Assembly (NCBI GenBank): GCA_900617105.1
Contig: UYFQ01000001.1
Coordinates: forward strand, 496,001-560,000
DNA from: Hydrurus foetidus
Lineage: Eukaryota
Reading direction: 5' to 3'
DNA length: 64,000 nucleotides
Shown: positions 51,776 to 62,067 of the stretch, in pieces
Numbering within the stretch: the stretch's first letter is position 1
Layout: the number at the start of each line of letters is the position of its first letter
The notes under the pieces: model-generated
The model's database searches: none
Seen by the model: only the letters and a program-made list of their open reading frames with translations
Told to the model about the DNA's origin: nothing
Position numbers and translations under genes: made by a program

Positions 51776-52549
51776 ATGTTTTCACGCCTGCGTTCCGACA
51801 TCCAATGCATTCTTGACCGTGACCCCGCTGCCCGCACGACCTGGGAGGTGCTGACTTGCTACCCTGGTCTGCACGCGGTGGTGCTGCACCGCAGGGCGCA
51901 CTGGTGCTGGACGCATGGCTTCAAATGGCTGGGTCGCTTTATTTCCCACTGCGGGCGTTGGTTGACGGGCATTGAAATTCACCCTGGTGCCAAACTGGGT
52001 GAGCGGGTTTTTTTCGACCATGCGATGGGTGTGGTGGTGGGTGAAACGGCTGAGATTGGCGACGGTTGCACCATTTACCAAGGTGTGACCCTGGGGGGTA
52101 CTTCGCTCTACAAAGGTGCAAAGCGCCACCCCACGCTGGGCCGCGATGTGGTGGTCAGTGCCGGGGCCAAGGTACTGGGTGGCTTTACCGTGGGCGATGG
52201 TGCCAAGATTGGCTCCAACGCCGTGGTCATCAAACCTGTGCCCCCCGGCGCCACTGCTGTGGGCATCCCCGCCCGCATCATCTTGCCCAAAGATGGCGCA
52301 GCAGGAGACGCCGCGATGGCCACCCCCAGCTTCTCAGCCTACGGCATCACGCCTGAAGGCGACCCCATCGGCGAAGCCATGCGTGGGCTGATCGACAATG
52401 CCTCCAGCCAGGAGCACCAAATTGCTTTGCTGTGGCAAGCGATAGAGAAACTCTCAGCCAACCCAAAGACCCCTGATTGCGTGCCCTGCGATGCAGCCCG
52501 CACCGAGTGCTTTGAGGCAGAGAAGTTTTCGCAGTTGGTGGGGAAGTAG
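51776..52549 (+). CDS. cysE: Serine O-acetyltransferase
   Basis: [34 protein letters not shown]. Confidence 0.96.
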   Translation: MFSRLRSDIQCILDRDPAARTTWEVLTCYPGLHAVVLHRRAHWCWTHGFKWLGRFISHCGRWLTGIEIHPGAKLGERVFFDHAMGVVVGETAEIGDGCTIYQGVTLGGTSLYKGAKRHPTLGRDVVVSAGAKVLGGFTVGDGAKIGSNAVVIKPVPPGATAVGIPARIILPKDGAAGDAAMATPSFSAYGITPEGDPIGEAMRGLIDNASSQEHQIALLWQAIEKLSANPKTPDCVPCDAARTECFEAEKFSQLVGK

Positions 52550-52574
52550 GATTTGTCTGTTAAGCGGATGGTTT

Positions 52575-52630
52575 GCTATTAAAAAAGAAGCTAACCATGC
52601 TTATAAATCAAGCACGCATGGCTGATTTGG
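52575..52630 (+). repeat. AT-rich ~56-bp palindromic repeat, copy D (overlaps mog stop)
   Basis: GCTATTAAAAAAGAAGCTAACCATGCTTATAAATCAAGCACGCATGGCTGATTTGG colinear with copies A-C. Confidence 0.7.
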
Positions 52631-53195
52631 GCCGAAATGCCTTGCACACCATGTCATCGGTTTCCATGTACGGCCCACCGATCAAATCAATGCAGTAGGG
52701 CACTGCGGCGAAGATGCCTGGCACCACGGATTGGCCTGTGGCATCGCGCAAGCCTTCCAGCGTCTCTGCAATGGCTTTGGGTTGGCCGGGCAGGTTGATG
52801 ATGAGGCATTGCCCGCGAATCACCGCGACTTGGCGCGAGAGGATGGCGGTGGGAACGAATTTCAGGCTGATTTGCCGCATCTGCTCGCCAAAGCCGGGCA
52901 TGGTCTTGTCTGCGACAGCCAGGGTGGCTTCTGGTGTCACATCGCGCAGGGCTGGGCCAGTGCCTCCGGTGGTGAGCACCAGCGCGCAGCCTGCGTCCAC
53001 CAAGGCGATCAGACTGGCGCTGATACCGATCTGTTCGTCCGGAATAAGACGCTCTTCAAAGGCTATGGGGTTTTTCAGCGCACGGCTCAACCAGTCTTTC
53101 AGGGCGGGCAGGCCTTTGTCTTCATAAACGCCCGTGGATGCGCGGTCGCTGATGGAAACGATGCCGATTTTGAGCGAATCATGCTGCTTCGTCAT
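52608..53195 (-). CDS. mog: Molybdopterin adenylyltransferase
   Basis: SISDRAS.G.YED, TTGGTG..RDVTPEA, ILSRQ, NLPG.PK. Confidence 0.95.
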   Translation of the reverse strand: MTKQHDSLKIGIVSISDRASTGVYEDKGLPALKDWLSRALKNPIAFEERLIPDEQIGISASLIALVDAGCALVLTTGGTGPALRDVTPEATLAVADKTMPGFGEQMRQISLKFVPTAILSRQVAVIRGQCLIINLPGQPKAIAETLEGLRDATGQSVVPGIFAAVPYCIDLIGGPYMETDDMVCKAFRPKSAMRA

Positions 53196-53871
53196 CGCCG
53201 GTCTCCTGGGTCAGCTGTTCGCGTACCAGCTGGAAAATTTCTTTGTAGGCACGGCCATGACGCGGCGCTGGTGGCGCGGTGGTTGTCGCCACGGCGGCTG
53301 AGGCCTCTACGGTGGCGCTGGGTGCCTCAACGAGGACAGGTTTGGCTTCTGCGTCCTTGCGGGCTTGACGAATCAAGGCACGCAGTTGTTGGGTATCGGT
53401 GCTGGGGTACGCTGTGACCCAGTCACCAAAGCGCTCGTCTTTGGCAATCAGATCATTGCGCCACTGCTCGGCTTGGTGCAGTGACAACGAGCTGGCTGCT
53501 GAGCCGCTGTGCTGCTCCACCAAGGCGGCGCGGATGGCGTCCAGGCTCTCGGGCTGTGCCAGTTGCAGTTTGCGCATCAGCTTGCCGATGTACTGCATTT
53601 GACGGCGTTTGCCTTCAAAGTTGGTGATGCGTTTGGCTTCTGCCAAGGCCTCTATCAGTTGCTCGGGGAGGTTCAAGGGCATCATCAGCCCTTTGCGCAG
53701 GCCGATCAGCGCTTCGCCCAGTGTTTGAAGTTCGGTGCTTTCGCGCTTCAGATCGGTGCGGGTAGCGGCTGTGGTGCCTCTGAGTTCGGCTTTGTATTCC
53801 AGGTCGAGTTCGCTGCCTTCGGCAACGAATTTCCCTTGGACGTAATAGCCCTTTTTGATTTTGCGCGGCAT
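53179..53871 (-). CDS. yjgA: Ribosome biogenesis factor YjgA/DarP
   Basis: LQ.LGEAL, RRQMQYIGKLMR, E.WR..L, QQLRALIRQA, YKEIFQ; divergent from pmbA. Confidence 0.9.
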   Translation of the reverse strand: MPRKIKKGYYVQGKFVAEGSELDLEYKAELRGTTAATRTDLKRESTELQTLGEALIGLRKGLMMPLNLPEQLIEALAEAKRITNFEGKRRQMQYIGKLMRKLQLAQPESLDAIRAALVEQHSGSAASSLSLHQAEQWRNDLIAKDERFGDWVTAYPSTDTQQLRALIRQARKDAEAKPVLVEAPSATVEASAAVATTTAPPAPRHGRAYKEIFQLVREQLTQETGDDEAA

Positions 53872-53956
53872 AGTGACTGGGGAGGTGGGGGGCTGTGGGG
53901 GACTTAAAGCTGACGAAAAATCGCCTACAAGTGCGGCAAGTATCATAGCTGTCGCT

Positions 53957-55369
53957 ATGAATACTTTGAAAACACTCCCAACTGCCGCTAAAGCCTCTGC
54001 TAAAGCAACCGCAAAAACACCCCAAAGTGGCTTCCAATACAGCCGCGCCCACTTTGAAGACTTGGTGGACACCGCCCTCAAACACGCCAAGAAAATCGGT
54101 GCCACAGACGCGGGTGCAGAGGCTTCCGAAGGCTGTGGCTTGAGCGTGTCTGCCCGCTTGGGCGAGCTGGAAAACGTAGAGCGCAACCGCGACAAGTCCC
54201 TTGGCGTGACAGTTTACGTAGGCAAAAAACGTGGCAACGCCAGCACGTCTGATTTCTCACGCACGGCCATCATGCAAACCGTTCAGGCGGCTTACGACAT
54301 TGCCCGTTTCACGGCTGAAGATCCGACAGCAGGCTTGCCCGATGAGGCTGATATTGCCAAGGTACACCCTGATTTGGATTTGTTCCACCCTTGGGCGATC
54401 GACAGTGCGCAAGCGTCGGTGCTGGCCTTGGAGTGTGAAGCTGCGGCGTTGGCCACCAGCAAGCGGATCACCAACAGCGAAGGCGCAGGCGTATCAGCCC
54501 AGCAGAGCCATTTCTTCAGTGCACACACCCACGGTTTTCGGGGCGGCTATGCCAGTTCGCGTCATAGCATCTCGGTGGCCCCGATTGCTGGCAAGGGCGC
54601 GAACATGCAGCGTGATGCGTGGTACAGCTCAATGCGCGATGCCTCCGAGTTGGCCACTGCCCAAGCGGTGGGCCGCTACGCTGCAGAGCGTGCGCTAAGC
54701 CGCCTCAAATCGCGCAAGATACCCACAACCGAGTGCCCGGTGCTGTTTGAGTCCCCGGTGGCTGCGGGCTTGCTGGGGGCGTATGTGCAGGCCACCAGCG
54801 GTGGGGCGCTGTACCGCAAAAGCAGCTTCTTGCTGGATTCCTTAGGTAAACGAGTGCTGCCCAAGCACATCAACATCACCGAAGACCCGAATGTGCTGCG
54901 CGGCAAAGGCAGCTCGCCGTTTGACGAAGAGGGTGTGCAGACCCATGCCCGTCAGGTTGTGAAAGCGGGGGTATGCGAAGGCTACTTCCTGAGCACTTAC
55001 AGCGCGCGCAAGCTGGGGATGAAAACCACGGGCAATGCCGGTGGTTCGCACAATCTGGTGCTGTCTTCCAGCCGTACCCGCAAAGACGACGATTTGGATG
55101 CCATGCTCAAAAAGCTGGGCACGGGGCTTTTTGTGATCGAGCTGATGGGGCAGGGCGTGAACTACGTGACGGGTGACTATTCACGCGGTGCCAGTGGGTT
55201 TTGGGTGGAGAACGGTGAAATTGCGTTCCCCGTCCATGAGATCACCATCGCAGGCAACCTCAAAACCATGCTGATGGGGATTGAGGCGGTGGGGGCTGAT
55301 GCCTACAACTACGGTGCCAAGACGGTGGGGTCCATCTTGGTCAACCGGATGAAGGTGGCTGGCTCTTAA
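53957..55369 (+). CDS. pmbA: Metalloprotease PmbA/TldE
   Basis: NSEGA, FDEEG, TTGNAGG, GQGVN.VTGDYSRGA.GF, EITIAGNL. Confidence 0.95.
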   Translation: MNTLKTLPTAAKASAKATAKTPQSGFQYSRAHFEDLVDTALKHAKKIGATDAGAEASEGCGLSVSARLGELENVERNRDKSLGVTVYVGKKRGNASTSDFSRTAIMQTVQAAYDIARFTAEDPTAGLPDEADIAKVHPDLDLFHPWAIDSAQASVLALECEAAALATSKRITNSEGAGVSAQQSHFFSAHTHGFRGGYASSRHSISVAPIAGKGANMQRDAWYSSMRDASELATAQAVGRYAAERALSRLKSRKIPTTECPVLFESPVAAGLLGAYVQATSGGALYRKSSFLLDSLGKRVLPKHINITEDPNVLRGKGSSPFDEEGVQTHARQVVKAGVCEGYFLSTYSARKLGMKTTGNAGGSHNLVLSSSRTRKDDDLDAMLKKLGTGLFVIELMGQGVNYVTGDYSRGASGFWVENGEIAFPVHEITIAGNLKTMLMGIEAVGADAYNYGAKTVGSILVNRMKVAGS

Positions 55370-55385
55370 GCAGCCTTGGGCGGGG

Positions 55386-55835
55386 TTATTTGGGTGCCAA
55401 CGCAGCTTTGACCGCTGCGGACACCAAGCCCATGTCGGCCTTGCCGGTCAGCTGGGCTTTCACCGCGCCCATTACTTTACCCATGTCACCAGGGCCAGTG
55501 GCACCCAGGTCGGCGACGATAGCGTTGACGGCGGCGGTGACTTCATCCCCCGTCAAGCGCACGGGCAAGTAGACCTCCAGCACCTTCAGTTCGCGGGCTT
55601 CGATGTCGGCCAAGTCTTGGCGGCTGGCGGACTCAAACGCTGTGATGGAGTCTTTGCGCTGCTTGATGAGCTTGTCCACAATGGCCACCACTGCCGCATC
55701 GTCCAGCACCACGCGCTCGTCCACTTCTTTTTGCTTGCAGGCCGACAGCAGCAGGCGGATGGTGCCCAGGCGTTCGCTGTCTTTGGCGCGCATAGCGGTT
55801 TTCATGTCTTCGGTGATTTGGTCTTTGAGGGACAT
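55386..55835 (-). CDS. GatB/YqeY domain protein
   Basis: MSLK.QI..DMK.AMRAKD, KQRKDSI..F, DMGKVMG. Confidence 0.93.
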   Translation of the reverse strand: MSLKDQITEDMKTAMRAKDSERLGTIRLLLSACKQKEVDERVVLDDAAVVAIVDKLIKQRKDSITAFESASRQDLADIEARELKVLEVYLPVRLTGDEVTAAVNAIVADLGATGPGDMGKVMGAVKAQLTGKADMGLVSAAVKAALAPK

Positions 55836-55904
55836 AACGGTGCTCCTGTGAAGTGACAGTGGGTGCTTTTTTAAAGCAAAGTAAAAAAGAAAAAAGCGAA
55901 TCGG

Positions 55905-55944
55905 AAAAAGCAAAACCCGCGCTGAGCGTCCTCAAGCGCGGGTT
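55905..55944 (-). terminator. Intrinsic terminator after rpsU
   Basis: Minus strand AACCCGCGCT..AGCGCGGGTT followed by TTGCTTTTT. Confidence 0.7.
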
Positions 55945-55969
55945 CGAGACTGAAAAAAGCTTTGTGGGC

Positions 55970-56182
55970 TTAGAACAATTTCTTAGGCAGTTGCATGCTG
56001 CGCACGCGCTTGTAATGGCGCTTGACGGCAGCAGCCTTCTTGCGCTTACGCTCAGCGGTGGGCTTTTCATAGAATTCGCGCGCACGCAAGTCGGTGAGCA
56101 AGCCTAATTTTTCAATGGTGCGCTTGAAGCGGCGAAGAGCAACGTCAAACGGCTCGTTTTCTTTAACACGGATGGTGGTCAT
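55970..56182 (-). CDS. rpsU: 30S ribosomal protein S21
   Basis: [29 protein letters not shown]. Confidence 0.98.
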   Translation of the reverse strand: MTTIRVKENEPFDVALRRFKRTIEKLGLLTDLRAREFYEKPTAERKRKKAAAVKRHYKRVRSMQLPKKLF

Positions 56183-56313
56183 TACGTAATGTTTTTCCGA
56201 AATAGGTGCTCTGGGAAGATCAAACCCTGAGCGGGAGGTTCCCCGACATAATTAATCGGCAGTCGGGGTTTGCCAGTAAAGCCAAACATTATAGCGTTGA
56301 TTGCTGTCTTGTC

Positions 56314-57084
56314 TCAGCGCATGCGCTTTTGTTCGCGCCATGCGTGCATCACCAGCAGTAAAAACCGGGGAGCGCGTACCAAATACCGCCGCCACAGCTT
56401 GGTAGGCTCAGAACCTAAGCGCCAGAGCCATTCCAGCCCACGGCGCTGCATCCAAAGCGGGGCGCGGCTTTTGATGCCCAATGCAAATTCCATAGCAGCA
56501 CCCACGCAAAAGACCAAGCCTGTATTCAGGGTGGGCCGATTGCCAAGCGACCATAGGCATTGGCGGGGAAAGCCTAGGCAGACAAACACAATGTCGGGCT
56601 TGGTCTCGTTCACCCATGCGGCGGCGGCATGGGCTTCGTCAGATTGGGATGAAAAACCCATGCCAGGGCTGAGAATTTCGACTTGCAATTCAGGGTAAAC
56701 CACTGAAAAACGCTCCAGCAGCATTTGCTCTTGGCCAGGCATACCACCTAAGATATTCACCCGCCAGCCGTTTTCTTGAGCCAGCAGGCAAAACGCCACA
56801 AATAAATCCGCTCCTGTGACGCGCTCGGGTACAGGTTTACCCAAAAAATTACCTGCCCATACCACGGGCATACCGTCAGCGAACGCGAAATCAGCGCTGG
56901 CGTAGGTGTCGCGCAATGCAGTGTTTTCACTCAAAGAGACAAAGTGATCCACATTGGGTGTGACCACCACTTTGGCCGGACGGCGAGGTACTTGCCGTGC
57001 CAGCAGTTCTACAGCATCTTCAAAAGTGACTGCATTCAATCGAACACCAAACAGGTCTGCGGTTTGTGTGAGGGGACTGGGCAT
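56314..57084 (-). CDS. WecB/TagA/CpsF family glycosyltransferase
   Basis: VTPNVDH, ADGMPVVW, ERVTGADL, VCLGFPRQ, RAP.WMQ..GLEWLWRL..EP.KLWRRY. Confidence 0.93.
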   Translation of the reverse strand: MPSPLTQTADLFGVRLNAVTFEDAVELLARQVPRRPAKVVVTPNVDHFVSLSENTALRDTYASADFAFADGMPVVWAGNFLGKPVPERVTGADLFVAFCLLAQENGWRVNILGGMPGQEQMLLERFSVVYPELQVEILSPGMGFSSQSDEAHAAAAWVNETKPDIVFVCLGFPRQCLWSLGNRPTLNTGLVFCVGAAMEFALGIKSRAPLWMQRRGLEWLWRLGSEPTKLWRRYLVRAPRFLLLVMHAWREQKRMR

Positions 57085-57211
57085 GGCGTCGTTGTTGTTG
57101 CAGTAATCAGAAAGAAAACGGGTGTAGTTTACGGGTTGATGTAATCCCTGGCCATCTGGCGGGTTCATACTTATTTGATAATAAGCATTTGATTACACAC
57201 AGGGGCACTGA

Positions 57212-58549
57212 ATGAAGATTACCGTCGTAGGAACTGGCTATGTGGGCTTGGTCACTGGAGCTTGCTTGTCTGAGATGGGCAACTTCGTAGTGTGCCTTGA
57301 TTTGGACGCACGCAAAGTCGATACCTTGAATTCTGGTGGTATTCCCATCCATGAACCAGGCTTGGAAGAAATTGTGCGTCGCAACGCGGCTGCTGGGCGC
57401 TTGAAATTCACGACCGATGCCAAGTCTGCCTTGGCGCATGGTGCTGTGCAATTTATTGCAGTTGGTACGCCGCCTGACGAAGACGGTTCTGCCGATTTGA
57501 AGCATGTTCTGGCCGCAGCGCGTGACATTGGTCGCCACATGCCTGATGCCTTTACGGTGGTGGTGGACAAAAGCACGGTGCCCGTCGGTACAGGCGATAA
57601 GGTACGTCAAGCCATCGAGGCTGAGTTGGCACTGCGGGGTGCTAAAGCCAATTTTGCAGTGGTGTCCAACCCTGAGTTTTTGAAAGAAGGCGCTGCTGTG
57701 GCCGATTTCATGCGCCCAGACCGTATTGTGGTGGGCGCTGACAGCGAACCTGCGCTGGAGGTGATGCGGGCGCTGTACGAGCCCTTCTTGCGCAACCGTG
57801 ACCGCTTCTTAGCGATGGATGTGCGCAGTGCAGAACTCACCAAATACGCCGCGAATGCCATGCTGGCCACGCGCATCAGCTTCATGAACGAGTTGGCGAT
57901 GCTGGCAGAGCGACTGGATGCTGACATTGAGTCGGTGCGCAAAGGCATTGGCTCGGATCCCCGCATTGGGTTCAGCTTTTTGTATGCTGGCTGCGGCTAT
58001 GGTGGGTCGTGTTTTCCCAAGGATGTGAAGGCCTTGGCTCGCACCGCATCGGACAACGGCAGCCCCTTGAGTATGTTGATGGCGGTTGAGCAGGTGAATG
58101 AGCGCCAAAAAACGGTGCTGTCTGACAAAATTGAAGCACGTTTTGGCAAGCGCCTTGATGGCAAAAAAATAACGGTTTGGGGTTTGGCGTTCAAGCCCAA
58201 CACCGATGACATGCGGGAAGCGCCCAGCCTGACGTTGATAGCTGACCTGCTTGCACGCGGTGCGCAGGTGACGGCCTATGACCCTGTTGCAGCAGAGGAA
58301 GCGCGGCGCATGCTGGGCGATCAGCTGGGGCTTGAGATTGTGCCTAACGCCTACGAGGCGGCCAAAGACGCTGATGCGCTGGTGCTTGTCACCGAGTGGC
58401 GTGAGTTTTTGACCCCTGATTGGGATCAGCTGCGTGCCTTGATGAAGTCGCCTGTGCTTTTTGACGGTCGTAATCTGTTTTCACCCAGCGCTGTTAAATC
58501 GCAGGGGTTTGAATACCATGCCATTGGTCGCCGAGGTACGGGCGCATGA
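57212..58549 (+). CDS. ugd: UDP-glucose 6-dehydrogenase
   Basis: [46 protein letters not shown]. Confidence 0.96.
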   Translation: MKITVVGTGYVGLVTGACLSEMGNFVVCLDLDARKVDTLNSGGIPIHEPGLEEIVRRNAAAGRLKFTTDAKSALAHGAVQFIAVGTPPDEDGSADLKHVLAAARDIGRHMPDAFTVVVDKSTVPVGTGDKVRQAIEAELALRGAKANFAVVSNPEFLKEGAAVADFMRPDRIVVGADSEPALEVMRALYEPFLRNRDRFLAMDVRSAELTKYAANAMLATRISFMNELAMLAERLDADIESVRKGIGSDPRIGFSFLYAGCGYGGSCFPKDVKALARTASDNGSPLSMLMAVEQVNERQKTVLSDKIEARFGKRLDGKKITVWGLAFKPNTDDMREAPSLTLIADLLARGAQVTAYDPVAAEEARRMLGDQLGLEIVPNAYEAAKDADALVLVTEWREFLTPDWDQLRALMKSPVLFDGRNLFSPSAVKSQGFEYHAIGRRGTGA

Positions 58550-59661
58550 AAATTTCCGTGATCGCAGCCTCAGAGTTGGATGCGTCATTGGTTGAAATGT
58601 GGCAGCAGATTCAAAGGGGAGATGCCACCCTGCGCAGCCCCTACTACTGCCCAGAATTCACGCAACTGGTCGAAGGCGCTGGCCGTGAGGTTTGGGTTGC
58701 AGTGATCGAATCCAAAGGTGCTGTTCGTGGGTTTTTTCCGTATGAAAAAGACAGTTGGGGGCGGCTTAGACCTGTTGGGAGGGGGTTGAACGACTACCAC
58801 GGGCTGATTGCCAGCCGAGAGCTTGATGTGGATGTGACGACCCTCCTGCGTGCTTGTGGGGGGCGCTATTTTGGCTTTAATCACATGCCCCTGACGCAGA
58901 CGGTGTTTGCGCCCTTCATTCAGTTTCACAGTGCATCGCCAGTGATGGCCTTGCAAGGTGGTTGGGATGCGTATGTGCAGCGGCTGTGCGATGCGCAAAA
59001 CACCCGTTCGCCTGGCATCTTGACCACCATCCGCCAATCGACAACCCGCCTTGCCCGCGACAAAGGGCCTCTGCGGTTTGAAATGCACGACTGCAACGCG
59101 TCGGTTCTCACTGAACTCATGCGGCTCAAGTCTGAGCAATGGGCGCGCACTGTAGGTGCTGCCAACGACCCCTTCGCCGTGCCTTGGATTCGCCAGTTGA
59201 TGAGCGATACATTGGCTACCCAAAGCATGGGCTTTCGAGGCTCCTTGAGCACGCTGTATGCGGGTGACAAGCTGGTGTCTTCACATTTTGGTCTGCGGGC
59301 TGGGGCAACACTCCATTCTTGGTTTCCCGTTTTTGACTTGGACTACGCTTACTATCAACCCGGTTTGATTTTGCTGAAAAACATTGCCGAGCAAGGTGTC
59401 AAAGACGGTTTGACCGAGATTGATCTGGGCCGTGGCACAGCAGGTTACAAGATGCGGTTTAAGACCGATCTCATTCCACTGGGTGAGGGGGCTGTGTCTC
59501 GCCCCGCGATCGTGGCAAGCGTTGCCGTGGCGGCAAAGCTTGCGAAGGCCAAAGTGGCGGCTGACCCGCGTGTCGTGCGCTTTCGGCAATGGAGGGCGGC
59601 ACGCCAAGCTGTGCCGTCAGTAGGCGTTGGTGTCGCGGAAAACCAAAAGAACGGTTCGTAA
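58546..59661 (+). CDS. CelD/BcsL-type GNAT acetyltransferase (polysaccharide modification)
   Basis: W..Q.....SPY..PE, DYHG, PG..LL, IDLGRG...YK. Confidence 0.8.
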   Translation: MKISVIAASELDASLVEMWQQIQRGDATLRSPYYCPEFTQLVEGAGREVWVAVIESKGAVRGFFPYEKDSWGRLRPVGRGLNDYHGLIASRELDVDVTTLLRACGGRYFGFNHMPLTQTVFAPFIQFHSASPVMALQGGWDAYVQRLCDAQNTRSPGILTTIRQSTTRLARDKGPLRFEMHDCNASVLTELMRLKSEQWARTVGAANDPFAVPWIRQLMSDTLATQSMGFRGSLSTLYAGDKLVSSHFGLRAGATLHSWFPVFDLDYAYYQPGLILLKNIAEQGVKDGLTEIDLGRGTAGYKMRFKTDLIPLGEGAVSRPAIVASVAVAAKLAKAKVAADPRVVRFRQWRAARQAVPSVGVGVAENQKNGS

Positions 59662-61011
59662 AATAATGCTGATGTCAAACGAGATTGACCAGTGGCTGAT
59701 GTAAACCAGATCGTGCTGAATGCGCCGCCGCATTTTGTCCACGGTTTCGGTCTCTCCCCGTAAGCCATTGACCTGTGCCCAGCCTGTGATGCCGGGCTTG
59801 ACCTTATGGCGCAGCATGTAACCAGGAATCAATTTGCGGTACAGCTCATTGTGTTGCACCGCGTGAGGGCGTGGCCCCACGATGCTCATGTTGCCTTGTA
59901 GTACGTTAAAAAATTGCGGTAATTCGTCCAATGAGCTTTTTCGAATGAAGCGACCTACACGGGTGATGCGGTCGTCGTTTTGTGTGGCTTGTTTGACGGT
60001 ATCGCTCGGTGCGGCCATGCGCATGCTGCGGAATTTGTACACATCAATTTCTTTGCCTCCAACCCCGTAGCGTTTTTGTCGAAACACCACGGGCCCAGGA
60101 GATGACAACTTGACCGCGATAGCCACGCCACACAGCACGGGCGACAGGGCAATCAGCAAGATGGACGAAATTACCACATCTGTCAGCCGCTTGAGCGCTT
60201 GCGAGGGGCCTAAAAATGGCGTTTCTGCCACCACCAAGAGAGGCACGCCAACCATTTCCGTCACTTGCACGCCGGGCACCCCGAACAACTTGGAATCGGG
60301 AATGAAGTAAATCGACACGGTGGAATCTTGCAAGGCTTCCATCAAGGACCGTACCGCGGGGCTCTCGGCCATGTCCAGGCCCAAGAAAACAATGTCTACG
60401 CGGTTATTTTTAACATAATGCACTGCATCGGCCATATCGCCCAGCCAGGGCAGCGGTGGTGCATCGTCTTCAGGTGGCGGGAGTGTGTCAAAGTAACCCA
60501 GCGGGTCAACCCCTAAGAGGGGTTCGTACTGCATGCGCTTGGCCAGGGTGCCAGCGGCTTCGTGAAACCGCAAAAAAACGGCTTTGCGGCGTCGATTGCC
60601 TGTTGAATAGAGCTGGATGGCCAGCATCTGCAAGCCCAAGGCCAGCAAACACAGCACAAAAGGTGTGGCAAACATCCACCACAGCATGACGACGCGGGAC
60701 AGCTTCTCCACCGACATGGAAAAGTAGCCGCTCAAAATCACCAGCAAATACACCAGGGCCCAGCGCGTGAAGATGCTGGTAAAAATATCGGTTCGGTCAG
60801 CCCATGACATCAAATTAAGCCGTGAAAACACCACAAAACCAGCCAAGACGCTCACATACGTGGCGTTGGCGAATTCTTGAAAATGGGCTTTGTCATACAG
60901 CGCCACCAAGCCCAGCAACGTGAGAGCAATCACGATTGCAAAAATCAAGCCTGTACACAGGCTCACCAGGTGTTGCTGTGCGCTCTGGCTTGATCCTGTG
61001 GGTTGTTTCAT
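59617..61011 (-). CDS. Undecaprenyl-phosphate glucose phosphotransferase (WcaJ-like priming GT)
   Basis: KRLTD, SPGPV.FRQ.R.G, YKFRSM, D.RITRVG.F.RK.SLDELPQ, VGPRP, KPGITGWAQV. Confidence 0.93.
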   Translation of the reverse strand: MKQPTGSSQSAQQHLVSLCTGLIFAIVIALTLLGLVALYDKAHFQEFANATYVSVLAGFVVFSRLNLMSWADRTDIFTSIFTRWALVYLLVILSGYFSMSVEKLSRVVMLWWMFATPFVLCLLALGLQMLAIQLYSTGNRRRKAVFLRFHEAAGTLAKRMQYEPLLGVDPLGYFDTLPPPEDDAPPLPWLGDMADAVHYVKNNRVDIVFLGLDMAESPAVRSLMEALQDSTVSIYFIPDSKLFGVPGVQVTEMVGVPLLVVAETPFLGPSQALKRLTDVVISSILLIALSPVLCGVAIAVKLSSPGPVVFRQKRYGVGGKEIDVYKFRSMRMAAPSDTVKQATQNDDRITRVGRFIRKSSLDELPQFFNVLQGNMSIVGPRPHAVQHNELYRKLIPGYMLRHKVKPGITGWAQVNGLRGETETVDKMRRRIQHDLVYISHWSISFDISIILRTVLLVFRDTNAY

Positions 61012-61057
61012 ACCTGTTTATGCCGTACAAAAAAATAAAGGGGGGTTGATCTGGGGC

Positions 61058-61978
61058 TCAATGCGATTGGCCGGTGAAACGAGCCTTCAGTTGGGCCAGT
61101 TGCCAGTTTTGCAAATAGGCTCTGAATTCGGGGTTGTCATAACGCGGCACCCCTTGAAGGGCGGCTTTGACGTAGCCCACAATGATGAGCAGGCCACCGA
61201 TGATGAAGGGTTTCTCACGCATTCTGAACACGCTGGACGCCAAAGCATACAGCGGGTGGTAGCCCATGAAGTAAATGCCACGACCCAGGCGCAGGCGGCC
61301 TCGGTACACGTTCTTGTCGGATGATCCCATCAGCCTGTGGTGTATAAGGCGTGCGTTAGGATCATCGAAGCTCAGGGTGTTCCAGCCCTTCATTCGGGCG
61401 GTATGCACATCAATGCCGTCCCACAGTACTTCCTCCACGAAACCATCAATCTCGCAAAAAGCCGTCCAGCGGTAGAGTTTGAACTGGCCAGCCACATGCT
61501 CGTCAATCGTCCATTCTTCGACAAAGCCACCGTTTTCAGGGCGGTACACCTTGCCCGATACCGCCGCGAGCTTGGGGTTGGCATCAAAGGCTTTGAACAT
61601 GGTTTCCAGGTACAGAGGCCCAAAGGACATGTCGCCGTCCAACTTGGCAATGAAGTCGTATTTGGGCGCTGCAATTTGCGTCAGTCCAAATTTAAACGCA
61701 GCCACCACTCCCCCCCCGAGCTTGCGAAAACCTCGGTCAGTAATCTTGACCAAACGGATAAACGGGTATTTATCGGCATAGGTTTGCACAATGGCGGCGG
61801 TGTTGTCTTTGGAACCATCGTCCACGATGACCCATTCCATCGGGCGCACCGTTTGGGCGATGATCGAATCCAGTGTCTTGGCGATCAAGGCTGACTCGTC
61901 TCGCACGGGGGAAATAATCACCAAGGGAACAATCCGTGGCGCTTGTTGTGCGAGGTCTTGGAGGGGTGTAACTTGCAT
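61058..61978 (-). CDS. Family 2 glycosyltransferase
   Basis: ISPVRDE, WVIVDDGS.D.T, KLDGD, WDGID. Confidence 0.9.
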   Translation of the reverse strand: MQVTPLQDLAQQAPRIVPLVIISPVRDESALIAKTLDSIIAQTVRPMEWVIVDDGSKDNTAAIVQTYADKYPFIRLVKITDRGFRKLGGGVVAAFKFGLTQIAAPKYDFIAKLDGDMSFGPLYLETMFKAFDANPKLAAVSGKVYRPENGGFVEEWTIDEHVAGQFKLYRWTAFCEIDGFVEEVLWDGIDVHTARMKGWNTLSFDDPNARLIHHRLMGSSDKNVYRGRLRLGRGIYFMGYHPLYALASSVFRMREKPFIIGGLLIIVGYVKAALQGVPRYDNPEFRAYLQNWQLAQLKARFTGQSH

Positions 61979-62067
61979 AGTCGCTTAGGTCGGGAGGATG
62001 TGGACAACAGTTTGAGGAGTGTAAGCAACGCGTATAAAACGCACAGGCATCAAGTGGCGTACTTCTT

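Noticed and set aside
53872..54195. 108-aa N-terminal extension of YjgA
   Set aside because: Overlaps pmbA on the opposite strand; ATG 53871 fits better
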